A DNA stretch of 64,000 nucleotides from Octopus vulgaris (GCA_951406725.2 OX597816.1:118854001-118918000); one strand, 5' to 3'; counted from the first letter of the stretch, positions 27,115-40,908 are shown. A program made the numbers and translations. Notes: generated from the sequence alone by a model not told the origin.

Positions 27115-27182
<68 letters not shown>

Positions 27183-27656
27183 GTAAATAATAAAAAAGTA
27201 CCGTGTCTCGTATCAAAGTTATATAGCTATTATTAAAATATCATTAATAAAAATAGAGGCAAACGAGAAACATAAAATGTTGCCTGCAGCGAAGTAATGG
27301 TGTTTATTATTAAACATTAAAATCTACTCTGCAGTGAATGCAATAAATATTTAAATTCATGAAGAATTCAACGCACTGAATGCAACGAATATTTAAATTT
27401 GCGAGAATTTGGAGATGAAAAAATTCAATAAACTCCAGAAATCGAGATTATAGGAAATTTCTTAGAACATGAATTTATAAAAATATTTCCCGACGGTCAA
27501 GCTTTTAACATTGCTTTCTTTTAGTACTTTTAGTAATTGTTATATACCTAATTAATAAGCAGCTTTTCCCATTATAGTATACGTACATGCATACATACAT
27601 ACATACATACATACATACATACATACATACATACATACATACATACATACATACAT

Positions 27657-27718
<62 letters not shown>

Positions 27719-27895
27719 TCTTTACTCTTTTACTCTTTTACTTGTTTCAGTCATTTGACTGTGGCCATGCTGGAGCACCGCCTTTAGTCGAGCAAATCGA
27801 CCCCGGGACTTATTTTTGTAAGCCCAGTACTTATTCTATCGGTCTCTTTTGCCGAACCGCTAAGTGACGGGAATATATATATATAATAATAATAA

Positions 27896-27940
<45 letters not shown>

Positions 27941-27951
27941 TAGTAAATAAT

Positions 27952-27982
<31 letters not shown>

Positions 27983-27994
27983 TATATGAGTACA

Positions 27995-28357
27995 GGACGT
28001 CATCAACGGTTCAAGTAACATTTTGAAAGATCGACGCATAACTATTCGCCATATAGCCCATGAGGTCAAGATTAGTACCGGGTCTGTGGAAACTATCATT
28101 CATGACCATTTGCATATGCAAAAGGTGTCTGCCAGATGGATTTCCAGGTTGCTCACACCTTTCCAGAAGCAAGAACGCATTGAGTGCTCGAGGATGAATT
28201 TGGAGATGTGCCAAGAAGATGAGTCAAAATTTTTCAAAAGACTGATTACACAGGATGAGACCTGGGTCCATCACTATGATCCAGAAACCAAAGCCCAGTC
28301 AATGCAGTGGAAGCACCATGACTCACCTCATCCAAAGAAGGCAAGGGTGCAGCCCTC
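27995..28357 (+). mobile_element. Mariner transposase fragment
   Basis: DRRITIRHIA..KVSARWISRLLT..LITQDETWVHHYDPETKAQSMQW (WVPH-like motif and first catalytic Asp). Confidence 0.9.
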
Positions 28358-28875
28358 CATTACTCAACATTTAGGGATAGGAATACACGTAACAGTACTG
28401 GACTCAGTAAATTAATTTGGGATCTAAAAGACCACAATGAACAATTTAATTTCGAATGGTTGATTTTCTCAATCTCGATACCCTATGACAAAGGCAAGGA
28501 ATTCTGTCTTCTCTGTAATTCTGAACCCTCTGATTTTTCATCTTCCCAGCCATTTTTTCTAAAAAATCCCCTAGTAAACACGGTTATAGAGCGTGCATAC
28601 CGATGTAAACATTGGCAAAAGCACGTCTTTAGTTCATATAAGTAATCTCTATCATTATATATAATTCAATCATTAATTTTCTTTTTATATTTAACATTCA
28701 CTAAAAAAATATCCCTTCTCTTTCTATAGGCTACTTCTGACATTATATCATAAAACACTTTTTTCAAACAAAATTAATAGCGTTCAGTAAATCACTATAC
28801 ATATCCATAATTTTCTGTTAAAATGTCTTATTGACGAGTTTCATTTCTTCACTTCCCTGAAGAGACGATTACATT
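28358..28875 (+). mobile_element. Penelope-like element 3' fragment (GIY-YIG endonuclease C-terminal part and 3' UTR)
   Basis: Open frame 28358-28645 reads HYSTFR..NSTGLSKLIWDLKD..FCLLCNSE..LVN..RCKH. The 3' UTR ends in a truncated hammerhead core, CTGAAGA at 28857-28863. Confidence 0.7.
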
Positions 28876-28879
28876 GCTT

Positions 28880-29765
28880 TACACCATTTATTCCTTTCCG
28901 GGAGTATGGCAAAGAGCCAGATCCTGATGCCGCACATATGGCCTTTCAGCAACAACCTTTTCTGGTCAGGTCTGACCACAGTTTCCAGCAGCTTCACGTC
29001 GCCGTCTGAATTGAGCCTTGGCCCTATCCAAAGATGTGGGGCAGCATAACGTCAGCCGTACTGGAGACACACCAAAAACTCATCACAGTTTGAGGGAATT
29101 TGGTTTTTATGATACGTGGGACATAATATGGGTCGTAAGTGAGTCACCTATTGTTCTAGATGTTGTGTAGCTGGTCCTGGCAGTTATTTTCATCTGAGAA
29201 GAACCAGGTAATCTCCTGCTCAACAGGATGTTTTGGCTTGTTCAGGATCTTCGTCAAGCGGTCCCCTTTGCCTTGGCTATCAGAATTTCTCCCTTGCGCC
29301 TCTTGTACGAGTGGTAGCGAAAGTCCTCGTTCAGGGACAGCTTCATAGCAGCAACTCTAACACCTATCTCTCTGACCAAAGCCCGGATTCCCTCGCTCGG
29401 ATCTTCCATTATCCTGAAATTGTTGGATAAATTCCGGTGTGCAGAGGCAGTCAGAACGTCTGCTGTGTCCCTTCCTTCTGGCCACGTCTTCGTAGTGTCC
29501 ACTACAGCTGTTTACGTCTTACTGCCTTTACAGTGTTCACAGAGCATTGAGTAACAGTCATGAGGTGGGCGTTTTGATACCTGGTATGAATCATCATGAT
29601 ACAAGTTACTCCATTCCAATTTTTCAATCCTCAATATCAGTTAACTTTTTCTCAACTACAACTTTAATCTTTATACTCTCCACTGCCATTTGCCGTTTAC
29701 CAATATATCAAGCTGTTCCTGAAAAAGGAGAAAAAAAAATCGTGAAATTTAGCCCGAATATCCTG
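28880..29765 (-). mobile_element. Degenerate Tc1/mariner (maT/DD37D-like) element, left part
   Basis: TA|CAGGATATTC terminus at 29765. The reverse frame shows LVREIGV..LNEDFRYHSYKRRKGEIL and resembles the element at 55525. Confidence 0.65.
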
Positions 29766-29901
29766 TATACTGTGGGAACCAATTATCGTGAGCACGTGTT
29801 GGTGTATCATTTAAGGTAACAATAACAAGCTGAACTGATAACATTAAGCATAAGATATAACCACACACACACACACGCACGCGCGTATGCATGTACTATT
29901 A

Positions 29902-29967
<66 letters not shown>

Positions 29968-29970
29968 ATG

Positions 29971-30033
<63 letters not shown>

Positions 30034-32005
30034 TACAGTATTTTCATATCACCCGCTTTGCCAATCTGTTTCATACAGGAGTTGAGATAATATCGACAAT
30101 CATCAGAAAAGGCTGAAAAGAACAGTGTGGCAAAGGTTCAGACACAATGAATCTGAAAAACAAAATTTTCTCACGGATGAATACTTTTAATCATAGGTCT
30201 TCCCGATCAAGGCTGATCGGAGGATTAGCAACAACGATTGGAAGAAGAGAAAAGTATGGAAAATCCTACATTTTCACTCTGCGACAGGAAAACATCGCAG
30301 AGTTGAAATAAACAGACAATTCAGTGAGTGTTTGTAAAATAAATTCAAGAATATTTTATTACCAAGATACAAACAAACTATAATATAACAGAATATAAAT
30401 CAGTTGAAGCATTTTTTGTAATTTAAGTCAACTTGCCCAATTTGAATGTGTAATAAATTTAATGCATATATTAATATGAATCTACCGTGAAAAATGTTAA
30501 CCACTACACAATCGATGAATTTCTCTTTTATTTATGAAACTTTGACTTTTACCAATATTTTTCTGGGTTCATGTTATTAAACATCTGTTGTTTTTAAGCA
30601 GAAGAATCTGTTCATTATTACATAAATATCTGTTAATGTGTGGAGGCGCAGCCCAGCGGACTCGCGGTCGTAGTATCGCGGTTTCGATTCCCAGACCGGG
30701 CGTTGTGAGTGTTTATTGAGCCAAAACATCTAAAGCTCCACGAGGCTCCGGCAGGGGGTGTTGGTGAACCCTGCTGTACCCTTTCACCACAACTTTCTCT
30801 CATTCCTTCTTCCTGTTTCTGTTGTACCTGTATTTCAAAGGGCCAGCCTTGTCACATTCTGTGTCATGCTGAATCTCCCCGAGAACTACGTTAAGAGTAC
30901 ACGTGTCTGTGGAGTGCTCAGCCACTTGCACGTTAATAAATGAGCTGCGACGTCACTGGTGCCAAGCTGCATCGGCCTTTGCCTTTCCCTTGGATAACAT
31001 CGGTGGCGTGGAGAGGGGAGGCTGGTATGTGTGGGCGACTGCTGGTCTTCCATAAACAACCTTGCCCAGACTTGTACATCGGAGGGTAACTTTCTAGGTG
31101 CAATCCCATAATCATTCATGTCAGAAGGGGGTTACAACAATCTGTTAATGTTATGCAGATATATGCTAAAGGTGGTGAGCTGGCAGAATCATTAAAGCGT
31201 CGAACAAAATGTTTAGCAGTATTTCGTCCGTCTTTACGTTCTGAGTTCATATTACGCCGAGCTTGACTTGATCTTTCATCCTTTTGGGATCGATTAAATA
31301 AGTACCAGTCGTGCACTACGGCCGATGTAATCGACTACCCCATCCCTGCAAGAGTTCAAGCCTAGAGTAGAAAAGATTATTTAAACATCTGCTAAAATAT
31401 CAAATGCAATAATTATTTTACTTGATTAATTATTATTTTTTTAATGGATTATATTATCCATCTTCTTGACTTTATATTAAAATTACCCTGAATTAAGTGA
31501 TATTTGATTATCTCCTTTAAGAAATGACATAATTATTTCCCTTACATATCCAATATAATGTTACCCTTCATTTACTGTACTACACAAAAACAGAAACAAA
31601 CACTGATATCGGAAAGATTTAAATCTTTCCCGTTTCCCTCGAAATCTCGCCACTAGTGATGCCTAATTTGTGTTCAATATATATAAACCAATAAAGGCGG
31701 CGAGCTAGCAGAATCGTTAGATCGCCGGGCAAAATGCTTAGCAGTTTTTTCGCCCGTCTTTACGTTCTGAGTTCAAGTTCCACCGAGGTCTACTTTACCT
31801 TTTATCCTTTTGAGGTCGATAAATTAAATACCAATTGAACACTGAGGACGAAGTAATCGATTTTCCTCCGCCCCCAAAATTGTTGGCTTTGTGCCAAAAT
31901 TTGAAACCAATGTATATGAACCAATATCAAAGCAATTACGTATTTCCATACTTGCCCTACTCAAGTAATGCCTAAGTAAGATTCACCACGTCATTGAAGA
32001 CCTAG

Positions 32006-32777
32006 TGGATCTTTTCTGTTTGACTGCCACTTTTCAATTTCTTCAATTTTGTTGCAATGGATTTCATATTTAGTGTATTGACGTAGTTTTGTGTGGTAAT
32101 TATTGACATGAAATTCATTTTCGCCATAAATCAATAAATAAAGAGTTAATAGCTTTTAAAGTTTGTAAATTACGAGCAATTTTAGCCAATCGAAAACCAC
32201 AAACATATCGGTGCCTGTTTCCATAGTAACAAACCAACTGTTACCAAGCTGCTTACCCGTCCTATCGAACCACGTGGTCAATTTTTGCTTATTAAATGTT
32301 TAAAACACGAGGTATGGGGTAGTTGTGAGATGTGCTAAAAATGTGCTAAATAGGCCTTAAATCATGCATCAAAGTTTTTTTTTGTTTTTGCATAATCGCA
32401 TGATTTCTCTTATGTGGAATACAAGTTGGCAAAAATTTTCTGAAAATTCCAAAAAATGAAGAAGTTATGAGGGGTTATATGGCGTGGGTAAAGCAAAATC
32501 CCGCCAATATTTAATCTGTTTACAGTTTGATATTAAAACACGTGCTATTGTCACAACGCGTGCACTCACGTACAAAATGACAGCTTCCAAATCCTGTTTT
32601 CTGACTGGGTAAAAATGATCAAACATTAAACCTCTGTAAATTTAAAAAATAGAAAAATTCTGGAACAAGTGAATTATGCCCTGAGATACAACGTGAAAAA
32701 ATACTTCAATAAATCAAGTTTGAAAATTTTCACTTAATTTTAATACTTCAAAAAGTGCAGCGAAACAGAAAAGATCC
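32006..32777. mobile_element. Non-autonomous DNA transposon with 15-bp TIR GGATCTTTTCTGTTT
   Basis: ggatcttttctgttt ... aaacagaaaagatcc; a partial reverse copy lies at ~58020-58283. Confidence 0.7.
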
Positions 32778-33224
32778 AACCTAGAGACTTTTACTCAGGC
32801 ATAAATCCATGTATTTATATGAGAAAGGACAGAGACTGTGTAACGTTCATTCATTTCTTAAACGAACGCACTCCAGTGTCACATGGCATAAAAGAGAAAA
32901 GCTCTGTTATTGAATTTAATATTTGAAAACGATATTATATCTTGTGTGAGTATTGGCAATTCCTTAATATGTCAGAAAATTAGAAATAGCAACAGAAACC
33001 AATGCATGGAAACATTTATATTTCATTAATATAATTTGAAATGATATAATCTGATATAATATGTATCCAGCCAATAAAGGTTTGAATAACTATCTTTGAT
33101 AGTCCCACGTTTGAGAATATTGACTATATGATGGCTTGCAATCTTCTAGGCACTTAGTGTATAGATGTTTGATCTGTTAGTATCAATAAAGAATTAAAAA
33201 TACGGACGTAATCAAAGCATAGAT

Positions 33225-33631
33225 AAGGCTTTCCCATTGAGATGGATACAAGAATCTATGAATGCTTGTGATTTTCCTACGAATCGTATTTACAAAGACA
33301 TTAAAAATCAGTTGCTAGATTAAATGAATGTCCAGCAATAATAATGACATACAAGATTTTATCAGATTTAGTAAAACTAGGAGAGTGTGTAGGAAGTCTT
33401 GGAATGGACTCGGGGTGGGAACATTATGATTTCTGCTTTTGATTCATTGAGCATAAGAAGATCGAAATATGTTCAGTGCATTGTTTGAACAAAGAAGACA
33501 CTCTGGAGATTTGTCACCAAGCATTTAACTCTGAAAAGGAATGAAATAGATAAGATGATTAACCAGTCAGATAGTTATCAGAATGAAAGCCAAACGTCAA
33601 ATAAACATAAACGTGTACTAAAAGGCAGTAA
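33225..33631 (+). pseudogene. IL-17-like (cystine-knot cytokine) pseudogene remnant
   Basis: One frame reads AFPL..ACDFP..KNQLLD*MN..RRVCRKS..TL*F..EDRNMFSALFEQRR (compare SLCP..RIPS.LFEAKC). A shifted frame ends T*TCTKRQ*. Confidence 0.45.
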
Positions 33632-34283
33632 ATGTTAAATATTACCGATCATTAAATTTGAATCTTGAGTCACTAACACACACACACACACACTTTCAAA
33701 TACGCACATATTCACACACACAAGCAATGCGGACTTCTTTCAGTTTTAATCTACCAAATCCACTCACAAGTCTTTGGTCGGTCCGGGGCTATAGTAGAAG
33801 TCACTTGTCCAAGGTGCCGCATAGTGAGACTGAAACCAAGCTTCTTAACCACACAGCCACGCGTACGCCTATTATACACACGCACACACACATGCGCGTG
33901 TAGATATATGTAATACATGTATACAGAGACTCCGTGATTTCTGTTGAAAGCAGTAGTTGTATAATTTGTATCTGTAACAGATATGTATATCAACAGATAG
34001 TTTTAAAATATCGACTTTTGATAAAGAACAAAACAAATAAATAAAAGGATCTGAAGTCAGTTCAGAATTATTTCTAAAAGATCGAGTAACTTGTGTTACC
34101 TACCTACCTACCTACCTACCTGCCTACCTGCCTACCTAGCTACCTGCCTACCTGCCTGCCTGCCTACCTACCTACTTACCTACCTACCTACCTACCTACC
34201 TACCTGCCTACCTACCTACCTACCTACCTACCTACCTACCTACCTACCTACCTACCTACCTACCTACCTACCTACCTACCTAC

Positions 34284-34338
<55 letters not shown>

Positions 34339-34583
34339 CGTACCTAAGCTAGGAATATATTTATATATTCACACACGAACCCCAACACCCACACACACAC
34401 AATTCGTACGTACGCTTATGTCGGATGAATGAGATACAAATGCCCAATACATGAAGAGAATACGTAATTTTTATTCAGTGAAACTGTGAGTTTGTCTCGC
34501 TACTCGAGTTTCATGCCTGAAGATCGTGACAGTATGAAACTCGAGTCGCACGATAAACTCTTAGTTTCAGTTACAATATGTGT

Positions 34584-34639
<56 letters not shown>

Positions 34640-35039
34640 AAGTATAAATATGTATATATATTTTGTGTGTGTGTGTGAACTGTGTGTGTATGTGTACGTG
34701 CGTAAAAATATTTCAAAGTTTTTGCAAAAACTATTTGATACAGTTACAATATTGAAAGAAAAAATGGAGAGAGAAAATGTGTAAGGATTAATGGCCGAAA
34801 GGGACTGAGTGAATAGATGGATGTGGAGAGGTATCGAAAGTTCGAGAAGGTAGGAGAGATGAGAGCCCAAGAGAGGCGTGTATATATATAACAACTCGGC
34901 CATTACACGCACAAACACACACATACACCACATAAGCATATAAGCACGCATATATATATATATGTATATATATATACGTTTGAGTGTGTGTTTACACATA
35001 TACTCACACGCACACACATAGTTACATATGTACTCTTGT

Positions 35040-36080
35040 ATGCATTTATATGCAGATACATATCTTACAAGCTAAAGAATGCCAATAAAATTGACAGTAA
35101 TAGTAGGCTCACCTCAACCTGCGTTAGATACATCAAATCTCACAAAGAAGGCTACGCCTTTGTTGTCCAACTAGAAGGGATTGTTACTAAATACCTGATG
35201 AGCGAGTGAGATAAGAATGCCTCTAGATACTCCTGTTGCGATATAAAACATCAACTGCGTGAAACCAGTCTGGAAGACATAACCCATATCATCATCAGTT
35301 GTCTAAAAATGTTGTAAGGTATTATCACTCCATGAGATATGAAATTATCACTAAAACCGTCTACAATGCCACACGCAGCAAGAAATCGTCTTGACGGCCA
35401 TACTGAATGCACACCAGAACCCGGAAGTATCCACATCTTTAAAAATAAAGAATACAACTGGTACATTCCAATCAAAGCACTTCAAATCAGATATTGTTGT
35501 ATGGTAAAAGTAAAAGTAAAATTACCATCTGGAGTCACGACGACTCAAAAGGGCCAGTTTCCCGGTTTCATGGTGTCCTCATATCTGGACGGGACACCGA
35601 TCTGTCGCAGGATTACTCATTTTTGCCAATTAAATGGACTGAATAACGGAAAATGAAGTGGTTTGCTCAAGAACACAACGCGTTGCCCGGTCCAGGAATC
35701 GAAACCACAATCTTATGATCATGTGTCTAACACCCTAACCACTAAACCACACGCCTCCACATTGTTGTATGGGACTTAGAGCAAAGTCATGTCGTGTTGT
35801 AGAGATCGGCTGTCCGGTGGATGTGAATGTCCCATAAAAAATTGGGGAAAAGAAGGACATCTATGAAGAACTAATAACAAACCTGCTGCACTTATGTCTA
35901 GGTTATATATTTTCATTTGTGAATATCACAGGTGCACGGGGCTATGTAACAACAGTTTAAAAATGCTGATGTTCGATATAAAGAACAGCAAACTGATTCT
36001 CATTCGCTAAAGATAGCCGATTAGAGATACAGAGAAAATTTGTAAAGCATTTCAGGGATTCTCCATTTGATATTTCTGGG
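35040..36080 (+). mobile_element. Dong/R4-clade non-LTR fragment interrupted by a SINE
   Basis: EGYAFVVQ..TKYL..EDITHIIISCLK (CCHC region), then IVVWD..EIGCPVDVNV (restriction-like endonuclease). Confidence 0.65.
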
Positions 36081-36829
36081 CTTAACACATGCGCACTATC
36101 ACATCTAGACATAGAATACATTTACCCCGCATATGCAGACTCCGCACGTGCACCCGCACCCATCTGCGCACGCAAGCAGAGACACATACATACACACGGA
36201 GGCACATGCACACGCATTCACGAACACTCATTCGCGCACGCGCGTACACACATACACATACACACATTATATTGGTAAAATTATGTATTGAGTTCTAATT
36301 CCATCGATCTGAACTGTTTTCTCCCACAAATTCTGTGGACTTGTGCTTAAATAAGAAAGCATTATATAAAATCAAATCAGAAATTCAAAATATATCTTCT
36401 TTATATCGGTGCAATTTCAGGTAAGGAATAATAAATATCTGGGCCAAACGTCACCGTTGCAAGGTTTGGATTTATGTAAAAGGAATTTAAGAAGCATATT
36501 TATTACCAACGCGTTGAGCCAGCGAGTTGGCAGAATCGTTAGCACGTCGGGCACAATGCTTAACAGTATTTCTTTCGATTCACTACGTTCTTAGTTCAAA
36601 TACTACTGAGGTCAACTTTGCCTCTCAGTCTATAAAAAAAAAAACATCAATCGATTAACTCCCTCCTCCAAAATATAGGCCCTATACCTATATTATAAAA
36701 GAAGTTTTATTTCGAACGTGTCACTAATAATATTTTTCTATATAAAATAAATGATCATATTCTTTAAAATCCTTCATTTTCTGGTTAAAATTCGAAGAAA
36801 AGATTTCCTTACTTTTACCTTTTCTTCCG

Positions 36830-37775
36830 CGTTCAGTTTCACTTATTCAAATACGTTCTGATAGCAAGAACAATTATTTCCCAGTAATTCATTTATGGTT
36901 GAATATTATTATTCAAATGCACCATTAGAAAGAATTTACATAATGTTCGTACCAGTTAGTCTTAATAATAATTCTATCCATAGTTATGGCTATTATATTT
37001 GAAGCAGAAGTTTAGTGCTACAAAAGTGAATCGTAAGGCCTTACAAGTGATAATAATTATGGCATGTTTACAATGCTGGCGGCTTTCGAAGACAATGAAA
37101 TAAGTAGCGGAAATCAAAAATAAAAATATATATAAAAAAGAGTAATTATATAGCTATTTAATTTATAGAAATACAATGATAATGATGAAACATTAAACCT
37201 GCAAACAAACAATTGTTGGATTTGTATTTACAGCGAAACCTGTCAATTCAAAATGCTCGGTCACAAGCACTAGATAATCGGATGATGTCGACAGAAAGTA
37301 TTTTGAAAAGCCGCATCAATTCACTGTTGGAGAAGAGTTTTAATTAATGACTCCGTGTTAAATTTCTGCATATAAATCATAATTTTTTCAATTACTGCCT
37401 ATGATAAAGAAGAAAAAAAAAAAAAAACTACAGTAGGTAGGTGGATAAGTGGTAAAGAACATGGCGTCTTACGTGTCAGTGAGTGACTTTTCTCATTAAA
37501 GCTGAAAGCTAACAAAGAGCTAGAGTGGGTGTAGTATGGCCCTCAGAATGTCAAGCTCGCAACCCTAAACGTTTATGTTATTTGACTTATGCTTAACTTA
37601 TATGTGCCACCATGTTCCGAGAAAGATCTCTTTTATTTTTTTAATATTGATATTAGTGAGTTAACATAACTGTAAATAGTTACTATGAAACTTGTCTAAG
37701 TGACCAATGTAGGCAGTGGAAAACGAGTGAATGACCGAGTGCTTCGTTATTTTTACTTTGTTGAACTGAAGAGAA
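36830..37775. repeat. Paralogous ~1 kb non-coding block, copy 1 (copy 2 ~41000-41925, copy 3 ~48720-50210)
   Basis: Colinear shared words: ttattcaaat, gtgaat(c/t)gtaa, catgtt(t/c)acaat, tttgtatttaca, gtcaca(a/c)gcact, tttaatt and TTC-N-GAA. Confidence 0.85.
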
Positions 37776-37779
37776 TTGA

Positions 37780-38340
37780 GGTTTATGATTTTAGCTCGGG
37801 TTTAGGGAAGGTTTTCGGTGCTTCATTTTGGTCCAGTCACCGCGAAGAACGTTTTTTATTATTGTACAGAATTTACTTTTCATCGCAAGTTACAATACAG
37901 TCAAGAAATGGATCGGTCTGGTTACGGAGTAGAAGCGTCGAGCAAATTTCATATCAGCGCATTTTCTGATTTTCATTCAAATCGTGTGATACACATTTGT
38001 CGAGCTTTTTTGATTTTCCGATCGCATGCAAAATAGTTGCAGGCAATTTTCTGGTTAACTTGAAGTTCTTTTCTCGAGTGGTTTTATGTGGTTCTTTCTC
38101 ACTGACAATCTTTAATTGATCGTCATCGATGACAGATGAGCGTTCACTACGCTCACTATCTTCAAGGCTCAGGTATCCACTGCAAAATCGTTAAAGCCAT
38201 TTTCGAGCTGACCACTTACTGGTCATTTCCTCACCAAATGTTTCGTTGATATCGCGAGCAGTTTCAGCTGCTTTACGTCTTCTTTTGAAGTTGAATAGCA
38301 AAATTGCTCGAATATTGCACTTTGACAGTTCCATTTCAGA
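37780..38340 (-). mobile_element. Mariner (Mos1/Hsmar1-like) transposase N-terminal fragment
   Basis: IRAILLFNFKRRRKAAETARDINETFGE..SLED..FLDCIVTCDEK. Confidence 0.85.
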
Positions 38341-39181
38341 TGCCTGTAACAACGATTTCTTTATTGCCCACAGGGAGCTAAACATGGAGGGACAGTAAAA
38401 AGATGGGCAAAAACACAAAAATGGGGAAAAAAATAAAACGAATGAGAAGGTTGGTATAAAAAAAAATGACTGGATGAAATGAAGGTCACTCGGACCCCAC
38501 AATTCAAGTGATCTCATTGAAACTTTTTAAAAACAATTAAACACTTAATATGTCCATGTTAAATTCTTTAAAAAGTTCATGATAGCTTACCGTTGCCTGC
38601 ACTCTCCTGGTAGCAATTTCCTTTTGTGAGATAATGATATTTTTCACAAAAATTAACAACAAACACAATTCAACAATCCTTCAATAACCTCTCGAACGAC
38701 ACACAAACATATTGATGCATTTGGATAAGTCTATGTCTATATCATCAGACAATTGCAAAAAAAAAAAATGTTAAAAAAATTCAAAACTGCAAAAATCCGG
38801 TACAAGTTCTTCATGGTTCAAAACGTTGCTTATTATATTGTTCGAATACCTTGCTGCGCATTTGTTTTGGATTTTTAAATTCCTGGATTTTCCTGAAGAG
38901 AATGCTGCAAAATGGTCTCCTTATTCAATCCGAATTTGGAAATTTGCGGCCTTTGAAACATGTGTAGAAAATAATAAAAGGAATTCTGTAGAATCTTCGT
39001 TCAGCTCCATTTCTTCCCTTCACTAAATATATTAAACTTCAATTATCCGCGCTAAGGCACGGTTGCGACACCCCAAGGTCGTAACTTCAACCGTGTTTTT
39101 TCTGTTGTGATTTTTGCTACCCAGGTTTCGGTTAAATTTTGAAAAATCCTTAACAAGATAATTCATTTATCCATTTCAATA

Positions 39182-39222
<41 letters not shown>

Positions 39223-39300
39223 AATATAGGATAAAATTTTTCGAAAATTTTTTTATCAATGGCCAGCATATAAATACCTTTAAAGGTTAAATTTATAAAT

Positions 39301-39503
39301 AACTTATAAACAAGAGCAAAAGAAAATAATTTTAATGCCAAATATGCCGAAACTAGACACATCGTCCAAAACCATATAATTTATAATTTATACTTTATCA
39401 TAACCATATAATTTATAGTGATAAATTATATGGTTATGGACGATGTGTCTAGTTTCGGCATATTTGGCATTAGAAATTTTTTCTTTTGCCCTTGTTTATA
39501 AGT

Positions 39504-39504
<1 letters not shown>
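39301..39504. repeat. Inverted repeat with 84-bp arms between (TA)n tracts
   Basis: 39301-39384 is the near-perfect reverse complement of 39421-39504; both strands give an MCLVSAYLAL ORF. Confidence 0.9.
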
Positions 39505-39585
<81 letters not shown>

Positions 39586-39719
39586 CATGTGTGTGTGTGT
39601 GTATGTGTATGCATTAGGATCCTGTCGGTAGAAAATCAGAATATTTTCAATGTAGCGCTTAAACTGAGCTCACAGATTGGTGTCTCGAGAATGATTGAAA
39701 TTCGACCGGTGTAGAAAAT

Positions 39720-39990
39720 CCAGGTACATCACTGGAAAATCCAATGTGTGTTTCTTACGAGGAGTAATATATAATGCTAATAATAAGAAGAAAGAGTTTA
39801 GCACATCTTTAATACTAATTACAAAGTGTTTCGGTACTACTCTGTTGTAAACGATATGGCATACAAAGACATTGTGCCAATGTAAGAGCGCACCTTTTGA
39901 TGCAAGCCTGATTAAGCGGCACTCTAACGTAATCAACTACAAATATTACGAAACTTTTCACATGAAATCATTTACGTGTAATGGCGCTAA
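39720..39990 (+). pseudogene. IL-17-like pseudogene remnant
   Basis: Across frameshifts: PMCVSY..NNKKKEFSTSLILITKC..LCCKRYGIQRHCANV..KYYETFHMKSFTC. Confidence 0.35.
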
Positions 39991-40067
39991 AAGCGGAGTG
40001 GTCCCGAGACAACAGTAATTAGTATTTAAAATATGGTAAACTCTTTCTTCGCTTTCTTATTTGGATA

Positions 40068-40230
<163 letters not shown>

Positions 40231-40569
40231 CAGAGCTAAACCTCTGTAAGTCTGATCTCACATATAGATCTTGTGAAAATTGCATCACAAAAATCAGCTT
40301 CTAATAGATAAACGTACATAACGCCGAAATATGTATAACTAACACCCGTCCAGGCTGGAGATCGACTAGAACCATAATTAACACACGTTTTCTGTAATCA
40401 AATCAATGCAGCTTAGGGTATAATTCATATAAACAAATGGAAAAAGAAGGCAAGGAATTTATTATATTAAAAGTTGCAACCTATTTCCCCCTCACTTTGT
40501 ATATACATGTCGAGCCAAATCGCGTGTGTTTGTTCGACTGAATTCTAGAGATATGAACAATATTGAAAG

Positions 40570-40908
40570 GTTTTGCAGCTGAAACAGTGCTATCAAGCAT
40601 TGGTTTTCTCAAGAACTGTATGCATTCATTTCGTTCTCACACTAAGTATCTTAATAGGACTGCATGTATACCATGTGGATGAATTTTCCCAAACAGCTTG
40701 GCACCCGCATCTTCTGTGTTAGCGTTCCCTCTAGGTGCACACTGCTGAAACTACAGTGCAATAGATGATGATTGAAACACAAATTACATGGTCTACAGTA
40801 TATTTCAACCGGCAAATTATTGTTTGCCGTCCTTATTTGCGTTTCAATGATGTCTGCAAACAGGACATAAAAACACAGACGTAAACACTTTTACAAAATG
40901 TATTTCAT
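40570..40908 (-). pseudogene. IL-17-like pseudogene with a signal-peptide-like start
   Basis: ttacag|gaaatatctATG gives MKYIL*KCLRLCFYVLFAD..YCRPC. With 1-nt shifts it continues GTLTQ..RCGCPSCLG..TCSPIKIL..CFSC. Confidence 0.5.

Noticed and set aside
36830-37400. Triplicated block as a GPCR or sulfotransferase pseudogene (IAITMDRII, DYLVLVTEHF on -)
   Set aside because: No reading frame is kept across the three copies, and the motif resemblance is short.
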